In this document: piece after piece, positions 27,422 to 37,376 of the stretch
Layout of the letters: each line of letters opens with the position of its first letter
Numbering within the stretch: position 1 is the first letter of the stretch
Source: Promethearchaeota archaeon
Lineage (GTDB): Archaea; Asgardarchaeota; Lokiarchaeia; Sigyniarchaeales; SOKP01
Length of the DNA stretch: 64,000 bases
Assembly (NCBI GenBank): GCA_048938855.1
Contig: JBHLLT010000009.1
Location: forward strand, 32,001-96,000
Reading direction: 5' to 3'
Position numbers and translations under genes: made by a program
The notes under the pieces: model-generated
What the model saw: the letters and a program-made list of their open reading frames with translations, nothing else
Told to the model about the DNA's origin: nothing
Databases searched by the model: none

Positions 27422-29152
27422 TCAAAATTCGTGGCTATCTAATCTTTTCCAAAACGTCTTTAATTCATCAATTTCAAAGGAGTATTTTAACTCTACAGGG
27501 TGTGAGGGTTCTTCCCTGAAAAATTTTGGTAAGGTATTCATTTCTTGAGTAATTCCTGCTTTCTTATTAAAATCAAGTTCAGTTCTAATAATATCAATAC
27601 CCATTTTAATTATATCCTCTCTTGTTAGAGTTAAATCATACATAGCATTAATTGCTTTTGTTATAATTTCCATGTTTTCATAACTAGGACCAATAAAATA
27701 GCAACAACCCATTAAATCCATTACAGCTGTATAAATCTGTAGTTCGAAAGATAAATCTAGTTTGTTATCGTTTTTAGTTAATTCTCCATAGTCCTTATGA
27801 AGACTTGGAACACGGTTAGCGATAGCTGCTCCTGCTGTATGGTCCGCACCCATAGGTGAAGTAGCATAAGTAACCCCCATTGCTTTAAAAACTCTACTAT
27901 CATACGCTGAGATTCCTTGACCTTTTACTTGTGGAATTCGATCGGCATTGAGGTTTTCTCCTATTATTTTAACACCATTTCCATAAAACTGTCCAACTTC
28001 AGTATTATATCGAATTTCTTTATCTAAAATTTCAAAAACTTTTTCAGCATCTCCCCAATCTATTCTTCCACACTCCATAGCTACACCTACTGTTCCACCA
28101 AATTCAATAGTATCAATGCCTAAATCATCACATAAGTGATCTATTTTCGCTATACTATCTAAATCATCAATCATCAAGTTGCTACCGTTTAACGCCATAG
28201 TTTCATATTCTAAACTTGATGTTATATGATTCCCTTGTTCATCAACCACTAAATTTGAGCATTTAATTACACATGTTGGAGAACAAGCTAGTCTCTTTTT
28301 ACCTCCTCTCGCAACTACAAGTTCATGTAATTTCTCTCCTGAGATGTTTTCAATCTTATCATAGGAACCCATTCTAAAATTCTTTGTTGGTATCCCTCCA
28401 TATCCACTCATGGGTGCCATCATCATAGGTGTACCGAATATTGAAAACTTCTCTTTAGCTTGAGCTAATTCTTTCGCAAAAGGGGTTGAAACTTCTCTAA
28501 ATTTTTTTAAGTCATAAATATTAGCTTTTGATGTTTTTGGAGGTTTGATTACAATTGCTTTGATGTTCTTTGAACCCATAATAGCCCCTAATCCCCCTCT
28601 CGCAGCATGTCTACTTGGATATCCTTCTAAATCATTTGCTCCTACAGTAGCAGATTTCATTAAGTATTGCCCAGCAGGACCAATAGAATAAATTCCAATT
28701 TTTTTACCATATTTTTGTTGTAATATCGAATGGAGTTTATAATTACCTATATTATTATATTCCTCAGCGTTTTCTAAACTAATACCATTATCATCAATTA
28801 AAATAAGTTTTAATGAAGGTGAAATACTTTCTAAAATTAATGCTCGTATACCATGTCTAGCTAACATCATAGCAGGTTTTCCTCCTAAATTAGCTTCCTT
28901 TATTCCATTTGTTAATGGACTTTTCGCTCCAACTGATGTACGAGCAGAACATGGAAATGGAGATCCGGCGAGAAGACCATTTGTAATTATTAATTTATTT
29001 TCCTCTCCCAAAGGATCGCAAAGAGGGGCGACTTCACTATAGATTATAAAAGAACTTAATCCTCTTCCACCAAGTAAGAAATATTTCGAATCTGGAGTAA
29101 TTTCTTCATTTTGAATATTTTGACTCTCAACGTTTATTCTTACTATTTTCAT
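27422..29152 (-). CDS. Aldehyde:ferredoxin oxidoreductase-family (tungsten) enzyme
   Basis: LGGRGL, KSPLTNGIKEAN, IGPAG, RGGLGAIMGSKNIKAI, CSPTCVIKC, EYET, CDDLGIDTI, GADHTAG. Confidence 0.92.
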   Translation of the reverse strand: MKIVRINVESQNIQNEEITPDSKYFLLGGRGLSSFIIYSEVAPLCDPLGEENKLIITNGLLAGSPFPCSARTSVGAKSPLTNGIKEANLGGKPAMMLARHGIRALILESISPSLKLILIDDNGISLENAEEYNNIGNYKLHSILQQKYGKKIGIYSIGPAGQYLMKSATVGANDLEGYPSRHAARGGLGAIMGSKNIKAIVIKPPKTSKANIYDLKKFREVSTPFAKELAQAKEKFSIFGTPMMMAPMSGYGGIPTKNFRMGSYDKIENISGEKLHELVVARGGKKRLACSPTCVIKCSNLVVDEQGNHITSSLEYETMALNGSNLMIDDLDSIAKIDHLCDDLGIDTIEFGGTVGVAMECGRIDWGDAEKVFEILDKEIRYNTEVGQFYGNGVKIIGENLNADRIPQVKGQGISAYDSRVFKAMGVTYATSPMGADHTAGAAIANRVPSLHKDYGELTKNDNKLDLSFELQIYTAVMDLMGCCYFIGPSYENMEIITKAINAMYDLTLTREDIIKMGIDIIRTELDFNKKAGITQEMNTLPKFFREEPSHPVELKYSFEIDELKTFWKRLDSHEF

Positions 29153-29304
29153 AGTTGAATTATAGTAGCTAAATTTATTTTATCTTTACCTTTATATCGT
29201 TTATAATATTTTAAAATATTAATCTACCTTCTAGTAAATATAATAAGTCAAAAATACTATTAAATTTCTGAACTTGTTATAAAATTATTGGTGCTTTCTT
29301 TAAA

Positions 29305-29592
29305 TTGATTATTTATGGTCGAAAATCAAAGAATGGTGAATCAAAGCAGAAAAAAAGAGAAATCCTTAAATTTGTCGAAGAATGTGAATTGTTCATTAAT
29401 TTCTTCTTAGGAAAAAATAGAGGGAATGCATTTACAACAAATGTTTTAATGAAAAAAACAGAAATTATTGTTCAAAATCCCGAATTAATGGAATATTTAT
29501 CAAAAAATATAAAGGAAATACTGGAACGAATGGTTAAAAAGGATTTTGCCAACCACATTGAAAAAAATGGGGTATTCTTCTTCCTTCTTTAA
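29305..29592 (+). CDS. Small hypothetical protein (winged-helix-like)
   Basis: 95-aa ORF filling the gap; helix-rich with a C-terminal beta hairpin. Confidence 0.5.
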   Translation: MIIYGRKSKNGESKQKKREILKFVEECELFINFFLGKNRGNAFTTNVLMKKTEIIVQNPELMEYLSKNIKEILERMVKKDFANHIEKNGVFFFLL

Positions 29593-29610
29593 TATTAAAT
29601 ATATTTAATC

Positions 29611-30474
29611 TTAATATTTTCGATTATTATTCTTTTTTTTAGGGATACCATTAGAACATGAAACTCCTACTTGACAAAGACCACAAGCATAAATATCTAT
29701 TCCATAAGTTTGATTTATGAACGGGATCGTACTTATCAAATGTGAAGAGCATTTCATTTTATCATGACCTTTTTCAAATGTTATAGCATTAACCGGGCAT
29801 CTAGAAATACAATCAACACATTCAAAGCAAAATTGATAAGGATCTTTTGGGCGATTAACTGCATCAGATGGTAGTTTTAAATCAATTATCATGCTTCCAC
29901 ACCTCATCGCTTTTCCGCGTGGATTTATAAATCCATCGGATAAGCCAAATGAGCCCATTCCTGCGGCATAACAATTATGTCTATGAGACCAATTTGAGGC
30001 CCAAATCTCTTTGTTAACTTTAAATAATCTTCTATCAAGAGTAGGAGCGAAAGCATTAATTTTTAGTTTATTTAACTCATCTACTAAAAATACTTGGATT
30101 TTCTTATTACATTCTTCACCAAAAAGTCTTGTATTAGCCCATCTTTCTGATGGCATAGTTTTAGAAAAAACTAAATTTTCCTTTTTAGTTTTTTGGTTGA
30201 TTGGAAGAATATAAGCAACCACACTTAGATTTTTATTTTCAAATTTGATATGATTCATTTTACAATACCATCTATAAGCCTCAGAAGGAGTTAAATGAAA
30301 TTCACCAATAATTTTTTTATAATCATAATAAATTGTATCATTTCCATCAGCAATGCCAACAAGCACATTCGGTTCGTATATAAATGAGCCATCGACTTTA
30401 TTCATTCTATTACTCTCATCATCTTTTAAGAATCCATTGATTTTGTCAATAAACCATTCTTTATTTATATCCAT
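29611..30474 (-). CDS. Epoxyqueuosine reductase (QueG)-like 4Fe-4S protein
   Basis: WSHRH..YAAGMGSFGL, RCGS, CFECVDCISRCP, CGLCQ...C. Confidence 0.8.
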   Translation of the reverse strand: MDINKEWFIDKINGFLKDDESNRMNKVDGSFIYEPNVLVGIADGNDTIYYDYKKIIGEFHLTPSEAYRWYCKMNHIKFENKNLSVVAYILPINQKTKKENLVFSKTMPSERWANTRLFGEECNKKIQVFLVDELNKLKINAFAPTLDRRLFKVNKEIWASNWSHRHNCYAAGMGSFGLSDGFINPRGKAMRCGSMIIDLKLPSDAVNRPKDPYQFCFECVDCISRCPVNAITFEKGHDKMKCSSHLISTIPFINQTYGIDIYACGLCQVGVSCSNGIPKKKNNNRKY

Positions 30475-30615
30475 ATTCTTAATCTCTATGGATTTCTTGA
30501 TATTAGTTTAAATCTCAAGTTTTTAATTATTAATTAATTTTGTTCTTAAACTAAAAATTATTTAAAATATTGGACTAACTAAAGAAATTTAATCTTAATT
30601 TAATTTTATAGAATT

Positions 30616-31527
30616 ATGGATGAAATCGATCTCAAAATCATTCTACTCTTAATGAATAATTCAAGACTAACATATAGAGAGATATCAGACCATTTAGCTT
30701 TATCTGTTAATGCTGTATATAAGCGGGTACAAATTCTTATCGATCTAAAAATTATACAAAAATTTACTGCCAGATTGAAGCCTTATGCCATCAATGCTAT
30801 TTATGCGTTCATATTTGGTCAAAGTAATGCTCAAAATATAGATAACGCAATATTAGAATTAGGAAAACACGATAATACTTGGCAAATAATATTGTCTAGT
30901 AGAAATTATGTTTATATTGGGTCAATGTTAGAAAACATTCATCAATTAGATGATTTTTCTTCATATGTGTCTCAAATTCTCGAAATTCAATCTCCAAAAA
31001 TTGGACTTCTTTCAGGCGTACAATATACGACTCCAATACGATATGTTGTTCCTAAGTCAAGATCAATGAACTATGACAAACTTGATTTAGAAATTATTCG
31101 ATCGTTACAAGGAGATTCCCGAAAACCCATATCTGAGATCGCAGATGATGTTAATAGCACAGCAAATACAATTCGACGTCGTTTAGCCAGAATGATTGAG
31201 GAGGGCATAATCGATTTATCTATTAATTTTAATCCTGAAGACTCTAATGATATTTTTTCTTTATTTCAAATAACTTTGAACCCTTCAGTCGATAAAAGTG
31301 AATTTGCTAAGTATCTGAATGAGAAATATGAACCTAATCTCTTCTATTGTTGGACTTTTAGTAATTTGCCAAATCTAGTAGTATGCTGGGTATGGTCAAA
31401 TACAATGAAAGAATTGACTGATTTAGTTGATAGTATAAAACAAGAAAATATTGATTCAATTGTTTTTGATATCATGTATAAAGTGTATTACTTTGATACT
31501 TGGAAAGAAAAATTGTTATATGAATAA
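30616..31527 (+). CDS. Tandem-duplicated Lrp/AsnC-family transcriptional regulator
   Basis: Two HTH units: MDEIDLKII..L..NSRLTY and DKLDLEIIRSLQGDSRKP. Confidence 0.88.
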   Translation: MDEIDLKIILLLMNNSRLTYREISDHLALSVNAVYKRVQILIDLKIIQKFTARLKPYAINAIYAFIFGQSNAQNIDNAILELGKHDNTWQIILSSRNYVYIGSMLENIHQLDDFSSYVSQILEIQSPKIGLLSGVQYTTPIRYVVPKSRSMNYDKLDLEIIRSLQGDSRKPISEIADDVNSTANTIRRRLARMIEEGIIDLSINFNPEDSNDIFSLFQITLNPSVDKSEFAKYLNEKYEPNLFYCWTFSNLPNLVVCWVWSNTMKELTDLVDSIKQENIDSIVFDIMYKVYYFDTWKEKLLYE

Positions 31528-31560
31528 AAAAATGTTATTTGTATTTGAGATAACTATGAA

Positions 31561-32403
31561 TTAAATTACGCATAGACTTATCCAAATAGTAACTCTTACA
31601 AAATGTATAATATAAGTAGTAATACCTCCAATTAAAATAATCTTCTGTAAATTTTGTTTTTTAAGAGCACCGATTTGATTTATCTCTAATTTCCATAATA
31701 TTAAAGTTGAAATTCCTATAATTCCTACTACTCCTGATAAACATATTTCTGAAAAGAGAAGAAACCATGAAAAAATTGGATTAATTGTACCAAAACAATC
31801 ACCACCCGTACTTGCAAGATAAATTGCTCGAATAAAGAAAAAAATTGGCCCCCCACCTAAAAGAATCCATTTTAATCGATTTAGGTATAAGTGAAAACTT
31901 GAATTTATTAAGTTAATACTATTTTGATTAATCTCTTTTTTAATTTTATGATTATTTACCTCATCTGAGATACTTAAACCAACTTGTTCCATTAATTCTA
32001 AAGATTTTTCCAGTAATGGACCTTCTTTATCGAGTACTATTCCCGTAATGGGTGAATGGATTATCTTCAAGTTCATCTTTTTTAGGTATCTTATAATTCG
32101 TTTGGCAGCAGAACCAGCTAATCGAAAATCTCCCTTTGTTTCAAAAGCAAAACCATATTTTCCATCCATTTTGAATAGTTTAATTCTGTTTAGGAATAAT
32201 TTTATCTCTTTTGAGGCTCCATGAAAGTGTGTTGGACCTCCAATTCCAATAATATCATAGTTTTTAACTTCTTTTGTATCAATATTCTGTATTGACTTAC
32301 AGTCTACATAAATCCCTCCCGCTTCTAATCCGCGGCTTAATGACATTGCTACTCTTTTTGTATTTCCATATACAGAATCATACAATACTAATGCTTTTTT
32401 CAT
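31561..32403 (-). CDS. Flavodoxin domain fused to a 3-TM C-terminal domain
   Basis: YDSVYGNTKRVA, IGGPT, AFET; three hydrophobic segments at the C-terminus. Confidence 0.8.
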   Translation of the reverse strand: MKKALVLYDSVYGNTKRVAMSLSRGLEAGGIYVDCKSIQNIDTKEVKNYDIIGIGGPTHFHGASKEIKLFLNRIKLFKMDGKYGFAFETKGDFRLAGSAAKRIIRYLKKMNLKIIHSPITGIVLDKEGPLLEKSLELMEQVGLSISDEVNNHKIKKEINQNSINLINSSFHLYLNRLKWILLGGGPIFFFIRAIYLASTGGDCFGTINPIFSWFLLFSEICLSGVVGIIGISTLILWKLEINQIGALKKQNLQKIILIGGITTYIIHFVRVTIWISLCVI

Positions 32404-32621
32404 ATTTTTCCCTCACTTTTTAATGTCTGAAGCATTGCGTAATTTTTTCGATAGAATAATTTTGTAAACCAACCATGTTCTCTTTCACAAAAAGGTACGC
32501 TATTTGATGCGGAATGATTTTTTTTGCATTGTTCACACTTTCCGTGATTAGAACATTCTGTTTTTGGACAAGGGCAATTAACGTTTATAAAAATCACCTC
32601 ATTTATATTTAATTTATGCAT
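32400..32621 (-). CDS. Small Cys-rich protein
   Basis: CPCPKTECSNHGKCEQC..NH...PFC; 4-nt ATGA overlap with the flavodoxin gene. Confidence 0.7.
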   Translation of the reverse strand: MHKLNINEVIFINVNCPCPKTECSNHGKCEQCKKNHSASNSVPFCEREHGWFTKLFYRKNYAMLQTLKSEGKI

Positions 32622-32697
32622 AGAATACTTCTAGATATAAATCCGAGTTCAGAGATGAGTATGCAAAACTCCTAATTTCCATATCAAATTTAATTAG

Positions 32698-32721
32698 ATT
32701 TTCAACGAGTTGGTTGAAAAT
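32698..32721. promoter_or_regulatory. Inverted repeat ATTTTCAAC-N6-GTTGAAAAT between divergent genes
   Basis: Perfect 9-bp arms; a further GTTGAAAA half-site near 32756. Confidence 0.45.
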
Positions 32722-32869
32722 TCCACACTAAAATCTGTGTTATTTTTTGAATTTAGTTGAAAAAACTCATCATATAATACTCTAATTTTGATATTTTGTC
32801 CAACTTTCATCATACATGGAAATATATGAGAATTATCGCTGTTAACAAATTAACTCAAAATTATATGAG

Positions 32870-33205
32870 GTGAAAAGTTTGGAAAAAAATATAAAAACAT
32901 TGAAGAAAGTAATGAAAAGTGTTATAAAATCAATTCTATTGCTATTTTACATAATTTTTGTAGTGTCTTTAATAGGTGGAGGAATTTCAGCAGGTATTAT
33001 GACTTTAATTCCTGATGATGCGAGTAAATTGTGTTATTTAGGTTATTATGCACATTGTTCATTTACTCCATTTAGTACATTGATTTTATTTGTTATGGCA
33101 TTTGTAGGAACAATTCTTTTAACAAAATTCATAAAATATTCTAGAAGAAAATATCGCGAGATAATAGAAACTAGGCCAATTTTAAAAAATGTGATCAGAA
33201 GATGA
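32870..33205 (+). CDS. Small 2-TM membrane protein with C-x7-C loop
   Basis: Two TM helices flanking ASKLCYLGYYAHCSFTPFST. Confidence 0.65.
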   Translation: MKSLEKNIKTLKKVMKSVIKSILLLFYIIFVVSLIGGGISAGIMTLIPDDASKLCYLGYYAHCSFTPFSTLILFVMAFVGTILLTKFIKYSRRKYREIIETRPILKNVIRR

Positions 33206-33240
33206 AAATTAAATCCTTTTTTTTTAAAATTTTATTCTAT

Positions 33241-34374
33241 TTATTTAATCCTTTTAATTCTTCTAAAGTTTTTATCTTCTTTCCTTTTTTCTTGAAGTAT
33301 CAATTTACTTTTTGCAATAGCTTGATATAAATCTGAAAAACTTTCAGGTGGTATTGATTCTTTTGACTTTTTAACTAAATTACGAGCATTCTCAGGACAA
33401 ACTGGAATACATACACCGCATCCTATGCAATAACCAAGATTAACTTCACATATTCCTTCATCATTGATAATGTTTGCTTCCATATGGCAACTAGTAATGC
33501 ATTCGACACAACCTGTACATAAATCACTGTCAACTTCTACAAAAAAATTTGAATTAATATATTGAGCAGGATTTGCATATTTCTTAAGATTACTAAGGAC
33601 TATACAAGAACATCCGCAGCAAGAGCATATCATAAATGGTTTTTGGGCGTTACTGGGGCAAATTACCATTCCTTTATCTTGTGTCTGTTGTAAAATTTCA
33701 AGTGCTTCCTCTTTTGTAATCTCACGACCTTGTTCAAGAAATATCCTAGGATTCACACCAATTGAAATACATGTTTCTATCGGATGATCACATCCTTTTC
33801 CTTGAATTTTTTTTGATTGTCTACATATGCAAGGACATAAATATAAAGTTTTATCAACATTTTCTATAATAGTTTTAATTTCATCGAAATTTGATACATT
33901 AAATTCCAAATTAATGCTCTTTTCTATGGGAATAGTTCTTACCTGTAAAATGCCATTCTCTAACATTGCTGAAGTGAAACCCTCGTCCATATATCTATCA
34001 CAATCTTCTGCAAATTCTCTAGTTAACTTATCTACTTGGTAATCATAAAATCCCACCATTAAAAATGCTATAGAATAATAATTTGTTCCATCTCTTCTTC
34101 GAATCCAGTTTATTGAACCTTTTTTAGCCATTTCTAGAAGGGCTTCAGAAAATTGCTCGAATGTCCAGCCTTTTTTCTTGAAAGGTCTAAACATTGCTTT
34201 TGGCTCTTGAGGAATAACTTTTAGATTTAAAGCTATCTCTGCTTCTTGAGGTGTAAATAGATGTTTTAATATCTTTATTTCTACACCTGATTCTGTCTCA
34301 GGATAATCAACTGGAAGAGAATCTAGGTATTGCTGGAGTTTTCGATAAATCAAATCTTTACTATTGGAACTCAT
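33241..34374 (-). CDS. 4Fe-4S dicluster-domain protein
   Basis: CPCICRQ, ICSCCGCSC, CTGCVECITSC, CIGCGVCIPVCP. Confidence 0.88.
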   Translation of the reverse strand: MSSNSKDLIYRKLQQYLDSLPVDYPETESGVEIKILKHLFTPQEAEIALNLKVIPQEPKAMFRPFKKKGWTFEQFSEALLEMAKKGSINWIRRRDGTNYYSIAFLMVGFYDYQVDKLTREFAEDCDRYMDEGFTSAMLENGILQVRTIPIEKSINLEFNVSNFDEIKTIIENVDKTLYLCPCICRQSKKIQGKGCDHPIETCISIGVNPRIFLEQGREITKEEALEILQQTQDKGMVICPSNAQKPFMICSCCGCSCIVLSNLKKYANPAQYINSNFFVEVDSDLCTGCVECITSCHMEANIINDEGICEVNLGYCIGCGVCIPVCPENARNLVKKSKESIPPESFSDLYQAIAKSKLILQEKRKEDKNFRRIKRIK

Positions 34375-34695
34375 AGACTTTATTTATTTTTTATTTTATA
34401 AAAATTTGACATTTAGATTTACTTTGATTTTATATTCTTATAACTGAAATTATTTTATCATAAGTTCAATTTTAGGACAATAATTTCCCATTATATTCCC
34501 CTAATTAATAAAATTGAGGTAGAATTTGTATACATTTTTTAAAAAATGATTAAAAATTTTCAATTTGCCCAATAGATTTAAATATCCAACTTTCGTATAT
34601 AAGCATATCACGTATATTAAGTATTTATTGAATTTTTAATAACCGTGATTTTTGTAGTTAACGCTTTTCTAACAACTTATTATTTGTGAACAACT

Positions 34696-35622
34696 ATGAA
34701 TGAGCAGTTCCGTACTTTTCTGAAAAATAACAAAATCGATGAAGATACACTCCCTCGTAAAAATTGTTGTAACAATCCATTTATTGAATCTAGGGATGGG
34801 AATAAGGTTTGTTTGAACTGTGGGGTAATCTTCGAAAGAACTTATGTTGGAAATGAGAGAAGGGCATATACAATTGAAGAGATACAGAATCGGCGTAGAA
34901 CAGAGCCACGTTGGCGGGATTTTGGCCCTCGAACAATGCTTCCAACAACTAAAACCGATAGTAAAGGTAAAAGTATTGGTGCAAAAGAACAAGCGCTTTT
35001 CTCTCGTCTTTCAAAAATTCAGAATTCACTAATATCAAGCATCGAAAGAAACTTTTGGGAAGCAAAACCAAAATTGAAGATGCTTACGTCAAAACTTAAT
35101 GTGCCAGAATATATTGCAGAAACAGCATGGAAAATATATAGTTTAGTAGCTAAAAAGAAATTAACTATGGGAAGATCAATAAATGGTTTTATTTCGGGAT
35201 CACTATATGCTGCTATTCGTGTTCATGATTTTCCACGGCTTTTAGATGAAATTTGTGAAGCATCACTAACACCTAGAAGAACTGTTCATAGAAGTCTAGC
35301 AATGATTATTCGTGAAGTATTACCTGAACTCAAGTTAAGATACCAGCCAATTACGGCTGAAAGTTTAGTATTTCGTTTTGGTAATGAATTAGATTTACCA
35401 ATTTCGATACAAAAAAATGCTATAAATATGTTAAAAGATGCTTCTAAAAATGGTTTGAAGCGAACTGGGAAAGATCCTAAAGGATTAGCCGCTGCATGTA
35501 TATATATCGCTGCAAAAAATGGTGCAATTCGTAAAACTCAATCCAAAGTTGCTGATGTAGCAAAGATTACCGAGGTCACGTTGAGATCTCGTGCTAAACA
35601 AATAAAAAGCAAATTAACTTAA
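34696..35622 (+). CDS. tfb: Transcription initiation factor IIB (TFB) family protein
   Basis: Zn ribbon CC...CLNCG, IERN, GRSING, GKDPKGLAAACIY, TQSKVADVAKITEVTLRSR. Confidence 0.9.
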   Translation: MNEQFRTFLKNNKIDEDTLPRKNCCNNPFIESRDGNKVCLNCGVIFERTYVGNERRAYTIEEIQNRRRTEPRWRDFGPRTMLPTTKTDSKGKSIGAKEQALFSRLSKIQNSLISSIERNFWEAKPKLKMLTSKLNVPEYIAETAWKIYSLVAKKKLTMGRSINGFISGSLYAAIRVHDFPRLLDEICEASLTPRRTVHRSLAMIIREVLPELKLRYQPITAESLVFRFGNELDLPISIQKNAINMLKDASKNGLKRTGKDPKGLAAACIYIAAKNGAIRKTQSKVADVAKITEVTLRSRAKQIKSKLT

Positions 35623-35628
35623 AACTTT

Positions 35629-36204
35629 TTAATCTTTTACATTTTTTTCTTGTTTTTCAGCTTCTTCTTGTAAGAGAGACCATTTTATACCAACAGCAGT
35701 GATACATAATCCAAGTAGTAAATAAAACGTATTCACTGAAAGAAAGAAAATCCAAAATAACGCAGCACTGTAGGAAGTAATTGTAGGACTGTAAAGAGCA
35801 GATTGAAACCGAATGGTGGTAAAAGTGGATGTGATTTTAGTCTTTCCTAACAACACTAAAAAATCCATTTTAACTAAACCAGCCAATAAAGCAACCATAC
35901 CGATGATTATTATAAGTTTAGCTAATGCACTGCTTTCAATTTTCTTTTTTGAGGAGATTTTAAAAATGAAAATACCCAAAATTAAAAAACATACCATAGA
36001 AATAATCACAAATAACCATAATAATGTTCCCGAAAATGGAAATATAGTAGAGGAGTATACAAATTCAGATAACATTAAAATGTTCCCATCAAGAATAAAG
36101 GGAGTAAAATTCAATATTACTATATATGCTAATTCGATTATTGAAATAATGATAAATGTAGAACCTACAATTTCAAGAAATTTAAGAACTTTTTCGTATT
36201 TCAT
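35629..36204 (-). CDS. Hypothetical 4-TM membrane protein
   Basis: Four hydrophobic segments; ATG 36204 (MKYEKV) more plausible than the AT-rich extension to 36315. Confidence 0.7.
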   Translation of the reverse strand: MKYEKVLKFLEIVGSTFIIISIIELAYIVILNFTPFILDGNILMLSEFVYSSTIFPFSGTLLWLFVIISMVCFLILGIFIFKISSKKKIESSALAKLIIIIGMVALLAGLVKMDFLVLLGKTKITSTFTTIRFQSALYSPTITSYSAALFWIFFLSVNTFYLLLGLCITAVGIKWSLLQEEAEKQEKNVKD

Positions 36205-36355
36205 ATTTAACACGTTGAAATTTTGTAAAAAAGCAAGAAAATTTTTTATGCAATTATACTTATTATTGTTTTTGAAATTAATAAAAATTTTTAATATTAA
36301 TGTTTTTTTTATCAATTTTATTTAAAAATAATTAATCTCCCATAATGATTTTATA

Positions 36356-37321
36356 TTGAAAAAGCAAAAAAAGCTAGACACAGAAATAGCAAGCTGTTCT
36401 CATAAAAATATCAAACAAGATAGTGGATTTATCGTTTGCCAAGATTGTGGATTGATCATGGAAGAAAATGTAGCATTTGAAAATACAGTATCAAGCAGTG
36501 AATACTTTGACGATTCACAGAGAGACTATGAGAGAAGAATTAAGATAGGTGATTCAAAAGCACTCCAAGATCCTATCATAAAAGAGAAATATGATCGTAT
36601 TAAAACTCTAGAAAAATGGTTTAGAGATTATGAGTCTGATTTTACTGAACAGAAAAAGACAATTGAATTACTTAAAAGTCATGGAATCGGATTAAACATT
36701 GATAACGTTAGATATAAAGAGATTAAGGATAGATACCTGAAGTACAATAAATATCATCGACATAATTATCAAAACATGGTGATAATTTTTCTTGCAATTG
36801 TATGGATGCAAATAAAAGATACTACAAACATTAGAATCGAGGATTTCATTAATACTTCAAGAAGTCTAGGACACAAAATAAATAAAAAAATGTTAAACAA
36901 TGCTATGTTAAAAATTAAGCGAACTGAAAAAATCTTCAAAGAAAAAAAAGGAACTGTAGAATTAGAAAGAGAAATTAAAGGAAAAATTAAAATTGTCTTT
37001 CAAAAAGATTTAAACAACATTCCATATGAAAAAGTGCAAGAATTTTTTAATAATCAGGTCGAATTTGAAAAAATAAAAATCGAAATGCAATTATTGGCAG
37101 ATAAAATATTAAATAAAATAACATATCAGCAGATTCAGAGTCTTAATTATAAAGCCTTTACAGCGGGTTTAATCTATTATATATCGCAAACTTTGTCCAA
37201 TAGAAAGATTTTTACGCAAAGTTTAGTTGAAAGTACTAGTAAATTTTCAAGTACTACAATTAGAAAAAAATATCATTTCCTAAAAGATTTATTGGGAGAT
37301 CCCCAGAATCTTAACCTCTGA
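36356..37321 (+). CDS. Divergent TFB-like protein (Zn ribbon plus cyclin-fold repeats)
   Basis: CSH...IVCQDCGL; C-terminal FTAGLIYY...FTQSLV...FSSTTIRKKY resembles the second TFB cyclin repeat/HTH. Confidence 0.7.
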   Translation: MKKQKKLDTEIASCSHKNIKQDSGFIVCQDCGLIMEENVAFENTVSSSEYFDDSQRDYERRIKIGDSKALQDPIIKEKYDRIKTLEKWFRDYESDFTEQKKTIELLKSHGIGLNIDNVRYKEIKDRYLKYNKYHRHNYQNMVIIFLAIVWMQIKDTTNIRIEDFINTSRSLGHKINKKMLNNAMLKIKRTEKIFKEKKGTVELEREIKGKIKIVFQKDLNNIPYEKVQEFFNNQVEFEKIKIEMQLLADKILNKITYQQIQSLNYKAFTAGLIYYISQTLSNRKIFTQSLVESTSKFSSTTIRKKYHFLKDLLGDPQNLNL

Positions 37322-37376
37322 TTTTCAAGTCTATATTAAATAATATTTATTTAGAATTATAGTTTTAATAAATAAA

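Noticed and set aside
35813-36325. 170-aa + strand ORF
   Set aside because: Antisense to the hydrophobic membrane gene; Ile/Lys/Asn-rich shadow
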